The notes below the pieces were generated by a model. It saw only the letters and a program-made list of their open reading frames with translations, was not told where the DNA came from and made no database searches. Both the position numbers and the translations under genes were made by a program. Below are positions 17,711 to 26,080 of a DNA stretch of 64,000 bases, in pieces (position 1 is the stretch's first letter; each line of letters begins with the position of its first letter). This DNA comes from an uncultured Gammaproteobacteria bacterium (GTDB taxonomy: Bacteria > Patescibacteriota > Microgenomatia > UBA8517), in NCBI GenBank assembly GCA_964587425.1, contig CAZPLB010000003.1:60763-124762 (forward strand). Direction: 5' to 3'.

Positions 17711-18829
17711 ATGGACTTAACAAATATAATTATTGCCCTCAAAGTCTTCTTGGGCTTCTCATTAATAATTATTATTCACGAACTAGGACACTTCCTGGTA
17801 GCCAAAAAGTCAGGTGTTTTAGTTGAAGAGTTTGGTCTTGGACTTCCCCCCAGGATCTTTGGCAAAAAGATAGGGGAGACACTCTATTCTTTAAACTGGC
17901 TCCCTATTGGTGGTTTTGTAAAACTTCATGGTGAAACTGCAGAAGACAAAGTAGTTTACCCAGAACGTGCTTTTTCAAATAAATCAAAGAAAGTAAAAAT
18001 CGCAATAACACTGGCAGGGATAATTATGAACTTTGTTCTGGCAGTATTTGCATTTGCAATTGTTTACTCCTTTACTGGAATTGATACAGGAATAGTCGAT
18101 GTAAAAATTCTTGCAGTATCAAATGATACCCCAGCAGCAGCGTCTGGTGTAGTAAGTGGAGACATTGTTAAAAAGGTAGGAGATACGGCAATCTCCTCTG
18201 TTAGTGAATTCAAGGCAGAACTTGATAAATATAAAGGGAAAGCTGTAGTAGTTGAGTTCCTGCGTGGTGAAAACCTTGTTAGCCTAAAACTTACCCCCCG
18301 TCTTAATCCTCCAGAGGGTCAAGGAGCAATAGGAGTTGAGATAGCAGATGTCCCAGAAATTTACTTTCCACCAATTTGGCAAAGGCCATTTGTAGGAGCA
18401 TGGCATGGATTGAAGCAATCGCTTGCCCTAAGTAAAGCTGTAATATTGGGTCTCGGTGGAGCTGCAAAAAGCGTTGGCCAGGGTAAAGCACCAGAACATG
18501 TAGTTGGAGCCTTTGGACTTGTTTCGCTTCTGATTGAATTTGCAAAGATGGGGATAATACCTCTTCTTAACCTCATTGGAATAATTTCAATAAATCTTGC
18601 CATAATTAACGTTCTCCCAATTCCACCCCTTGATGGATCAAGAGTATTCATAACAATAGTGGAAGCGATAACCAGGAAAAAGATGACAGCAAACTTGGAG
18701 AGTAAAATCTACACAGCAGGTTTTATATTTATGATTGGCCTTATGCTTTTAGTAACTGCCCGTGAAATCCCGGCCTTCATTAAAGCAGGCTCCGTCTCAA
18801 AGTTTGTAGAAACCCTTATTCAAAAATAA
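17711..18829 (+). CDS. rseP: RseP/RIP (M50) intramembrane metalloprotease with PDZ domain
   Basis: HELGH, PIGGFV, PDZ-like segment, NVLPIPPLDG. Confidence 0.93.
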   Translation: MDLTNIIIALKVFLGFSLIIIIHELGHFLVAKKSGVLVEEFGLGLPPRIFGKKIGETLYSLNWLPIGGFVKLHGETAEDKVVYPERAFSNKSKKVKIAITLAGIIMNFVLAVFAFAIVYSFTGIDTGIVDVKILAVSNDTPAAASGVVSGDIVKKVGDTAISSVSEFKAELDKYKGKAVVVEFLRGENLVSLKLTPRLNPPEGQGAIGVEIADVPEIYFPPIWQRPFVGAWHGLKQSLALSKAVILGLGGAAKSVGQGKAPEHVVGAFGLVSLLIEFAKMGIIPLLNLIGIISINLAIINVLPIPPLDGSRVFITIVEAITRKKMTANLESKIYTAGFIFMIGLMLLVTAREIPAFIKAGSVSKFVETLIQK

Positions 18830-19184
18830 TCTCTTCTTTCTTTTCATCAAAAGTTATTTTAAATTTATCAAAAACATCGGCTCTTCCAAGTAATGTAGGG
18901 ATCCCATCAATTTGTGCCCAGGCAACTCTGGCATCAAAGTCCTTTTCACCAATTTTCATTTTCAATTTTACATAAATAGCTTTAAGCCCACCTCCAACTC
19001 CACCCAAAGTTCTAGGCTTATACCTTTTCTCATCCATTCCAAGAGTTTTGCCAATTGAAAAGGGGATAACAGTTAAATCCGCTCCGGAATCAATTATTGA
19101 TCGAAAGCTATACCAATCACCGTTATTTTTTGCCAAGGATATAGTTGCAGTTGGTCTTCCTTCTAAATACTTAAAAACAATCAT
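18816..19184 (-). CDS. Retropepsin-like aspartyl protease
   Basis: IIDSGADLTVIP catalytic motif, GVGG flap, LLGRAD. Confidence 0.85.
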   Translation of the reverse strand: MIVFKYLEGRPTATISLAKNNGDWYSFRSIIDSGADLTVIPFSIGKTLGMDEKRYKPRTLGGVGGGLKAIYVKLKMKIGEKDFDARVAWAQIDGIPTLLGRADVFDKFKITFDEKKEEIIFE

Positions 19185-19414
19185 TAATATATGACTAATC
19201 TTCTTGGAGGTACTTGAACCAATAATATGTCTGACTCTGGATATATTATCTTGGCTTTTTTATGTACAACATCGGCTCTTCGTCCGTGAGCAACAATCTT
19301 TTTGTGTGAAATTGCAACCCAATCATTTTCCTTAAACTCAGAAAGATCTGCTTTCAAAGAAAATGCATAGTCAGGATCTTTTTTTGCCCAACTAATAACT
19401 TTTTTCTTTGTCAT
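19184..19414 (-). CDS. DUF5678-like small protein
   Basis: (F)..DWVAI...KIVAHG..A..V..KA....P......VP pattern; start chosen from TGC-TACAAT 5 nt before ATG 19414. Confidence 0.65.
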   Translation of the reverse strand: MTKKKVISWAKKDPDYAFSLKADLSEFKENDWVAISHKKIVAHGRRADVVHKKAKIIYPESDILLVQVPPRRLVIY

Positions 19415-19452
19415 AACCAATTGTAGCATTTTGGGTCAAGAGCGATTAAAAT

Positions 19453-20694
19453 ATGTGTGAAGTGTTACAATCTCAACTTTTTCCAAAAACCAGAAAAGAC
19501 GAAATAAAAGATGCTGACTCCATCAATCACCAGCTGCTAGTTAAGGCTGGATTTGTGAGGCAATTGATGGCAGGAGTCTATACATATCTTCCACTTGGCT
19601 TGAGAGTATTAAATAACATAACTGAAGTAGTAAGAGAAGAAATGGACACTCTTGGAGGAAAAGAAGTACTAATGCCTCTTCTTCATCCATCAGCAGTTTG
19701 GAAGCAAACAGGGGGATGGGATCATATAGATGTTCTTTTCAAAGTAGAAAGTAGAACAAAAAAAGATTATGCCTTGGCCCAAAGCCATGAAGAAGTAGTA
19801 ACACCTCTTGTAAAAGAATTCCTGCACACAACTAAAGACCTTCCACTAAGTATCTACCACATCCAGTGGAAGTTTAGAGATGAGTTGAGAAGTAAATCTG
19901 GAATATTAAGGGGCAGAGAATTCCTAATGAAAGATTTATACAGTTGGCATGCAGATCAAGATGATTTCGATGCGTTCTATGAAAAAGCAAAGAAAGCATA
20001 CTTAAACATCTTCAAAAGGCTTGGTCTTGAGGCAAGGGTAACAGAAGCAAGCGGAGGAGCATTCTCAGAAAAAATATCATATGAATTTGAAGTTCTAACC
20101 GATGCAGGAGAGGCCAACATCCTTTACTGTGACAATTGTGAATTCTGTGTAAATATTGATGATATTCAAAAATACAAGGAGGGCGAAACCTGTCCAAACT
20201 GTAAAAAAGGAAAATTAAAGCCATCCAAAGCTGCAGAAGTTGGAAATGTATTTGATTTGGGTCAAAAATACACCAAAGCATTTGATTTAACAATTACAAA
20301 TGAAAGCCAAGAAAAAATACACCCAATTATGGGTTGCTATGGAATTGGAATAAGTCGCACAATGGGTGTAATAGTAGAAAAGTTCCACGATGAAAAAGGC
20401 ATAATCTGGCCAAAGTCAGTTGCACCATTCCATGCTCACCTGATTGAACTAAAAGGAGCAAAAAATGCAAAAAAGATATACGAAGAACTCAAGGAAAAAG
20501 GAGTAGATGTTCTGTGGGATGACAGAGAATTAGGAGCAGGGGAGAAGTTTGCAGATGCAGACCTCATTGGAATTCCAGTCAGACTAGTAGTTTCAGAAAA
20601 GACAGGGGATAAAATTGAGTGGAAGGAAAGAAACGGAGACAAAGTAGAGCTACTGAGTTTGGATGAAGTGAGACAGAAGATAAAAGAATCCTAA
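19453..20694 (+). CDS. proS: Proline--tRNA ligase (no editing domain; start may be GTG 19462)
   Basis: AGVYTYLPLG, KFRDE.R...G..R.REF.MKD.YS, MGCYGIG, anticodon domain with DDR/GEKFADADLIGIP. Confidence 0.95.
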   Translation: MCEVLQSQLFPKTRKDEIKDADSINHQLLVKAGFVRQLMAGVYTYLPLGLRVLNNITEVVREEMDTLGGKEVLMPLLHPSAVWKQTGGWDHIDVLFKVESRTKKDYALAQSHEEVVTPLVKEFLHTTKDLPLSIYHIQWKFRDELRSKSGILRGREFLMKDLYSWHADQDDFDAFYEKAKKAYLNIFKRLGLEARVTEASGGAFSEKISYEFEVLTDAGEANILYCDNCEFCVNIDDIQKYKEGETCPNCKKGKLKPSKAAEVGNVFDLGQKYTKAFDLTITNESQEKIHPIMGCYGIGISRTMGVIVEKFHDEKGIIWPKSVAPFHAHLIELKGAKNAKKIYEELKEKGVDVLWDDRELGAGEKFADADLIGIPVRLVVSEKTGDKIEWKERNGDKVELLSLDEVRQKIKES

Positions 20695-21183
20695 ATGGAG
20701 AATAGTCAAAGTAGAGAAATACTTATTCAAAGATCCAAACTTCGTCAAGAGATTCAAAAAGCTGTAATTGCTGAGGAGCAGGGTAATGTAGATCATTTCA
20801 ATCAACTTCTTTCAAATATAAATACAAAGGAGGGTGGGGAATGCCTCACTCTGGTAAAAAGTTCAAAAGAGGCTGGCAGAAAAGACTGTAGGGCGTTTAC
20901 TGCAGAAAAGCTTGGTTTAGATTTAGAAAATATCGCTCCAACAACATTGCAAAAAGTCGAAAACCCGAGGGTGAATAATATTGTAATGTATACAATTCCC
21001 GGAGAGCCACCTCACTGGGGAGTGGTCGTTGAAAAAGGAGAAAAACCAGAAGATATATGGGTTATGTCAAAATTTGGCAAGGCAGGTGGTGTTTATAAAC
21101 ACAAAATCTACGCAGGTATTCCAAGCCATGTTGGCGAAAACTATAAGTTTTTCAGTCCAAACATTGACACAGACCAATATTAA
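20695..21183 (+). CDS. Hypothetical protein, possible papain-like Cys-His fold
   Basis: DCRAF...IVMY...PHWGVV...VMSKFG...YKH pattern. Confidence 0.5.
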   Translation: MENSQSREILIQRSKLRQEIQKAVIAEEQGNVDHFNQLLSNINTKEGGECLTLVKSSKEAGRKDCRAFTAEKLGLDLENIAPTTLQKVENPRVNNIVMYTIPGEPPHWGVVVEKGEKPEDIWVMSKFGKAGGVYKHKIYAGIPSHVGENYKFFSPNIDTDQY

Positions 21184-21198
21184 AGTAAAAATAGACAA

Positions 21199-21909
21199 AT
21201 GGCAGACAAAACAACGGCTCGAACAGAAATAGATCCAAACGAAGCAACTAACGCATACTATGAATTTATGGACATCGGCGCAACTCTCGACAAAAAACAG
21301 CAACTTATTACCAAATACATGGATAATCTCCCAGGTTCTGATTTGGCAGGGTTAAAAAATAAGATGAAGTTAGTAACAGCCTCACAGGAATATAGAAATT
21401 TATTAGCCGAAGAAGAAAATTTAAAAAAACAAACTGATGAACACAGTAAAACAGGGAAACCAATTGAAGCTTTTTTGTCTGGCCCTCAAAAACTTACTTT
21501 AGAAAAGTTACATGGATTCGAGAATTGGGTACTTTGGGAAAAATACATCCACATAGCCAATAAAATGGGAGGAAGTAACGATGAGACTCTAGCCCAAAAA
21601 CAAGAGAAGGCAAAGGAATATATTAAAAACAATAATATTTCAACAAAACAAGTCATTTCAGATTTAGTGAAACTTATGCAATCAGATGTATATGCATCAA
21701 GGTGTAGTGTCGACGAGGAAACCGGTGTCAGCCGTCTCGATCCAAGACAAATACCTTCAAATAGAAAAAGTATTGAAAACATCAATAACATCAGAAATCT
21801 TATAGCACTTTATAATATCAACAGCACTCAAATATCAGCATCATTGGGTCATCCAATGGCAGAAAGAAGAGGCTTAGCACCAACCTCCAGGAAGTTCACA
21901 CCCCATTGA
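21199..21909 (+). CDS. Hypothetical alpha-helical protein
   Basis: 236-aa ORF, no recognisable motif. Confidence 0.65.
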   Translation: MADKTTARTEIDPNEATNAYYEFMDIGATLDKKQQLITKYMDNLPGSDLAGLKNKMKLVTASQEYRNLLAEEENLKKQTDEHSKTGKPIEAFLSGPQKLTLEKLHGFENWVLWEKYIHIANKMGGSNDETLAQKQEKAKEYIKNNNISTKQVISDLVKLMQSDVYASRCSVDEETGVSRLDPRQIPSNRKSIENINNIRNLIALYNINSTQISASLGHPMAERRGLAPTSRKFTPH

Positions 21910-22224
21910 TTAATCTAAATCGAAAAGAGAGAAGTTACTAAAAACGACAGACTTGTCGTTATCTTTAAAAATTTCCAATATTTTTAATTCAGGGTCATAG
22001 CAAAATCTAATCAGCCCTCCTTTGTGCGACATAAAAACATCATAATATCTCAAGTTTTCGGGCATTTGTCCATCCAAAGCTTTTGACCATATCTCTATAT
22101 CGGCTAAATTTTCCACCTCTAAAGTATCAGGATCTATTCTATGACCCACAACATGTAGAATTCCGTTTTCTTCATATTTAACAACCCCATCATAACAATG
22201 TTTATCGAATCTTTCCTTAGCCAT
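21910..22224 (-). CDS. Hypothetical protein
   Basis: 104 aa; TGA-TATTAT 5 nt before ATG. Confidence 0.6.
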   Translation of the reverse strand: MAKERFDKHCYDGVVKYEENGILHVVGHRIDPDTLEVENLADIEIWSKALDGQMPENLRYYDVFMSHKGGLIRFCYDPELKILEIFKDNDKSVVFSNFSLFDLD

Positions 22225-22312
22225 TGCCTATAATATCACACACCTCAGCTTTATCTCAGCTTTCACCCCATAGTACTTGACAAGCCACGCTTTATATGTG
22301 ATACAATGCGGC

Positions 22313-22771
22313 ATGGAAAACAAAGGTCAAAAACCACTTGGAAGCAGGCTTGAGACAGGCGCATGGGCTGCGGCTAAAGTTATCGACTTTGGAAAACCTA
22401 GGGTCAATGAAGATACTCGCAAGGCGGAAGATACTGCCGTAGAAGCCTATAAAGGCGAGGGGGGAAAGACCAGGTTTGTCCACTATCTAAATAGCCAAGT
22501 AAACGATTTACACATTCTACAAAGGCAAAAAGAAAGTGGCAAAGCCGAGGATATAATCTCTTATTTTATGGGTGTTGGTAGATTCTTGTGGAATCTGGAA
22601 AGTTGGCGTGATGCCGAGTTAATAGATCAAGATATCGTCAAGAGATTTGATCCAGGTCTAAAACGCCACGATATATCTTTAGCTGAAAAACCAACCGAGA
22701 CAACTGAAATAAAATCCAGGAATAAAGAGCGGTCAAGTAATGGACGTTTCAAGATCTTTAAACGTCTTTAA
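22313..22771 (+). CDS. Hypothetical protein
   Basis: ORF 22277-22771; ATG 22313 lies 5 nt after TGA-TACAAT. Confidence 0.6.
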   Translation: MENKGQKPLGSRLETGAWAAAKVIDFGKPRVNEDTRKAEDTAVEAYKGEGGKTRFVHYLNSQVNDLHILQRQKESGKAEDIISYFMGVGRFLWNLESWRDAELIDQDIVKRFDPGLKRHDISLAEKPTETTEIKSRNKERSSNGRFKIFKRL

Positions 22772-23029
22772 CTCCGTCTTTCCTTCATTGTTAGAATAGC
22801 TAAAAGTACATTCGGTATTCTCCCTATCCCTTGAGAAATAGACAGTCATAGCCTTATCAATATTGGCTTCTAACCAGTCTCTTAATTCGCCGTCTGGAGA
22901 AAACTTAACAAGGACATAACCAGGTGTAGGTCGGCCACTATCTATATTGGTTCCTACTAATGCAATATTTCCTTCATCATTTCTAACCAAAGAACCTCTA
23001 TATTCACGAAAGTTATCAAACTCTGTCAT
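22733..23029 (-). CDS. Hypothetical protein
   Basis: ATG 23029 is 6 nt after minus-strand TATAAT; a longer start would overlap the HIT gene. Confidence 0.55.
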   Translation of the reverse strand: MTEFDNFREYRGSLVRNDEGNIALVGTNIDSGRPTPGYVLVKFSPDGELRDWLEANIDKAMTVYFSRDRENTECTFSYSNNEGKTELKTFKDLETSIT

Positions 23030-23066
23030 ATATAAATTATACCCCATGATATAATCATTTTGGAAT

Positions 23067-23387
23067 ATGGAAGAATGCATTTTCTGTAAAATTATCAAAA
23101 AAGAGCTCCCTGCAGAGTTCCTGTATGAAAGCCCTGAAATTGTTGCCTTCAAGGATATAAAACCATCAACCCCAATTCATATTCTAATTATTCCAACCAA
23201 ACACATTACAAACCTAAATGAGGCAAGTGAGGAAGACAGTGGAATATTAGGTAAAATCCAACTTGTTGCCCAAAAAATAGCCAGAGAACAAAAGATAGAA
23301 GATGGTTTCAAATTAACTACCAACAATGGTACCAAGGCTGGCCAGATTGTTATGCATCTTCATTACCACTTAATGGGTGGATTTTGA
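23067..23387 (+). CDS. HIT-family (HinT-like) nucleotide hydrolase
   Basis: CIFCKII, AFKDI.P..P.HILIIP, HLHYH triad. Confidence 0.93.
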   Translation: MEECIFCKIIKKELPAEFLYESPEIVAFKDIKPSTPIHILIIPTKHITNLNEASEEDSGILGKIQLVAQKIAREQKIEDGFKLTTNNGTKAGQIVMHLHYHLMGGF

Positions 23388-23442
23388 TATCTTTTAATAT
23401 CTTGTAGATAATTCTTTCTCGTCATATACTTGCCGTACTACA

Positions 23443-23883
23443 ATGCTAACCCAGAAAGTCCAGGAACTAATTACAGAGAACTTGAAGTCAGGTGATGAGA
23501 CAAAGCTAACCACATATAGAATGCTTGCTACAGCCTTTAACTATGCAAGAACAGACAAAATGAGAGACTTAACTGAAGAAGAAGAGCTGGAAGTAGTATC
23601 AAAAGAAGCAAAAAAAAGAAAAGATGCAGTTGAGGCATATACCAAGGCAAACCTCACAGAAAAAGTAAATCAGGAAAAAGAAGAGTTGGCTATTCTTGAA
23701 GAATTTCTTCCAGCCCAAATGAGTGATGAAGAACTAGGTTCAATTGTTGATGAAGCAGTTAAAGAGCTGAAACCAACTGGAATGCAGGATATGGGTCGCG
23801 TGATTGGAGCTGTCATGGCCAAAGTCAAAGGCAAAGCTGATGGAGGAAGAGTATCAGCTCTCATAAAGGCAAAACTAGCATGA
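23443..23883 (+). CDS. GatB/YqeY domain protein
   Basis: KEAKKRKDAVEAY, FLPAQMS, DMGRVIG..M....GKADG. Confidence 0.92.
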   Translation: MLTQKVQELITENLKSGDETKLTTYRMLATAFNYARTDKMRDLTEEEELEVVSKEAKKRKDAVEAYTKANLTEKVNQEKEELAILEEFLPAQMSDEELGSIVDEAVKELKPTGMQDMGRVIGAVMAKVKGKADGGRVSALIKAKLA

Positions 23884-24266
23884 TATCAATAACTATTTAT
23901 AAACAAGGCAATTATCCAGTTAACACAAAAAAGGTTAAAGATGTAATTGAAAAAACCCTAGAGAGTAATGGCATAGTCTCAGACGCTGTTGTTGATGTTG
24001 CCATAGTAAATAAAACAAAAATGGATGAATTAAATGAAAAATACTACAAAGATGAAGTCTTTGAACACCCAGTATTCACTTTCCCAGCAGGAGAGGGGAT
24101 GGATTTTGTAATGCCACCAGATGGCAAGCTTCATCTTGGCCAAATTGTAATTTCATACCCCTTTGTTCTCGAAGAATCAAAAGAAAAAGGAAAGTTGATT
24201 GATGATGTTGCCTGTCAGTTGGCAGAACACGCAGCCCTGCATCTAGTTGGCATTCACCACGATTAA
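23880..24266 (+). CDS. ybeY: rRNA maturation RNase YbeY
   Basis: LGQIVIS, HAALHLVGIHH (H-x3-H-x5-H). Confidence 0.85.
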   Translation: MISITIYKQGNYPVNTKKVKDVIEKTLESNGIVSDAVVDVAIVNKTKMDELNEKYYKDEVFEHPVFTFPAGEGMDFVMPPDGKLHLGQIVISYPFVLEESKEKGKLIDDVACQLAEHAALHLVGIHHD

Positions 24267-24272
24267 TTTGAT

Positions 24273-25769
24273 ATGACCCTATATCTAAAATACCGCCCGC
24301 AAATCATTGATGAACTCGACCTCGAGGGAGTAAGGGATGCCTTAACTGCAATTATTGGCTCAGATAATATTCCCCACGCTTTTCTTTTCAGCGGTCCCAA
24401 AGGAACTGGTAAAACTTCAGCTGCAAGAATACTTGCAAAGATAATTAATTGTGAAGAAAAAGACAGGCCATGCAACAAATGCATACAATGCATCTCCATT
24501 ACAAATGGTACAAACATGGATGTAATTGAGTTAGACGCAGCCAGCAACCGTGGTATAGATGATATTCGAAGTCTCAAAGAAAACATAATGCTCGCTCCCG
24601 CCTCTGCAAATAAGAAAATTTATATCATAGATGAGGCTCATATGTTAACAACTGAAGCCTCCAACGCCTTTTTGAAAACACTTGAAGAGCCTCCTGCTCA
24701 TGTTCTTTTCATTCTAGCTACCACTAATCCTGAGAAACTTCCAGATACAGTAATTTCAAGACTAACTAGAGTTGACTTCACAAAGGCAACTGCAAAAGAT
24801 ATTGCCCGTCAATTGGCAAGAGTGGTAACTGGTGAAAAGTTAAAAGTAGAAGAAAAAGTAATCAGTATTATTGCCAAAAAAGCTGATGGGTCATTTCGAG
24901 ATGCTGTAAAAATTCTTGAAAGCATGACTTTGAATTCAAAGGAAATAAAAGAAAGCGATATTGAAAAGTTTTTGCATTCAAATGAAAAGGAAGTAATCAG
25001 CTTTTTTGAGGTGTTAAGAAACGGTGACACCCAAAAAGTTTTGGAGTTAGTAGAAAAAATTACAGCAGATGGAACCTCAATTAAATTGTTTACGACAGAG
25101 CTGATGGAAGTTATTCACCAAAGTTTGCTTGCAAAAGTTAAAGGCGAAGAAGACCTTCTGCAAAAGTACGAAATGGAGGAAATCATTCAGTTGTCAAAAC
25201 TGATAACAGGGGCAATGGGAGAGAGCAGCTTCTCTTCAATCCCACAGCTCAGTCTTGAAATTGCGCTTGTTAAATTTACAAAAACTAATTCAAGGGTAGA
25301 GGAAAAAGTAGACAATGGAAATGAAAGTAAACCAGTTGAAAATGAAAAGGAGGAAGTAGAAAAAAGAGTAGAGCCAAAGGTTGAAGCAAAAAAAAGTGAA
25401 GCCAAAATTGTAGGCTCTCCAATATCAAATGAAAATTGGCTGCAAATTCTGCAGTTAGTCCGTGCCAAAAACACAAGTATCGAAGCCCTGCTTCGAGCAG
25501 CAGAACCAATTGGCGTCAATGAAAAAACTTTCACAATTGGTGTCTACTACCAATTCCACAAAGAGAAGCTGGAAGTATTAACCAACAAAAAGATTCTTGA
25601 AGATGTGGTATGTGAGATAGTTGCTGACAAAGACATGAAAGTAGATTTTCTTTTAACAGAAAGAAAATCTCAAAAGAGAGAGACACCAGCAGTAAACCAA
25701 ACGCCAGAGTCCTTGACCACGAAGGTAGATGAAGATATAATTTCAGCAGCCAAGGAAATCTTTGGTTAA
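24273..25769 (+). CDS. dnaX: DNA polymerase III subunit gamma/tau
   Basis: LYLKYRPQ, GPKGTGKT, Zn Cys, ELDAASNRG, DEAH, LKTLEEPP. Confidence 0.96.
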   Translation: MTLYLKYRPQIIDELDLEGVRDALTAIIGSDNIPHAFLFSGPKGTGKTSAARILAKIINCEEKDRPCNKCIQCISITNGTNMDVIELDAASNRGIDDIRSLKENIMLAPASANKKIYIIDEAHMLTTEASNAFLKTLEEPPAHVLFILATTNPEKLPDTVISRLTRVDFTKATAKDIARQLARVVTGEKLKVEEKVISIIAKKADGSFRDAVKILESMTLNSKEIKESDIEKFLHSNEKEVISFFEVLRNGDTQKVLELVEKITADGTSIKLFTTELMEVIHQSLLAKVKGEEDLLQKYEMEEIIQLSKLITGAMGESSFSSIPQLSLEIALVKFTKTNSRVEEKVDNGNESKPVENEKEEVEKRVEPKVEAKKSEAKIVGSPISNENWLQILQLVRAKNTSIEALLRAAEPIGVNEKTFTIGVYYQFHKEKLEVLTNKKILEDVVCEIVADKDMKVDFLLTERKSQKRETPAVNQTPESLTTKVDEDIISAAKEIFG

Positions 25770-25787
25770 GGTAGTCAAAATACAATT

Positions 25788-26066
25788 ATGTTAGATAAAA
25801 TTGGACAACTAAATGATTTAAGGAAAATGAGGGGCCAGGCCATGGCAATGCAAAAGAAGTTAAAAGAAATTGTAGAATCTCTTGAAAAGGATGGCTGCAA
25901 GGTAAAGGTAACAGGGGATCAAAGAATTGAATATATTGAGATAGATGGCGTTCCACAGCCAAAACTAGTCAAAGTAATTAATGAAGCTCTTGAAAAGGTA
26001 CAAAAAACAGCAGCCAAGAAAATGGTAGAAGAAGGCGGTCTCTCTTCACTTCTCAAAGGTTTTTGA
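25788..26066 (+). CDS. ybaB: YbaB/EbfC nucleoid-associated protein
   Basis: A..MQK.L, KVKVTGDQ; dnaX-ybaB-recR synteny. Confidence 0.82.
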   Translation: MLDKIGQLNDLRKMRGQAMAMQKKLKEIVESLEKDGCKVKVTGDQRIEYIEIDGVPQPKLVKVINEALEKVQKTAAKKMVEEGGLSSLLKGF

Positions 26067-26080
26067 GTTAGAATGAATAT

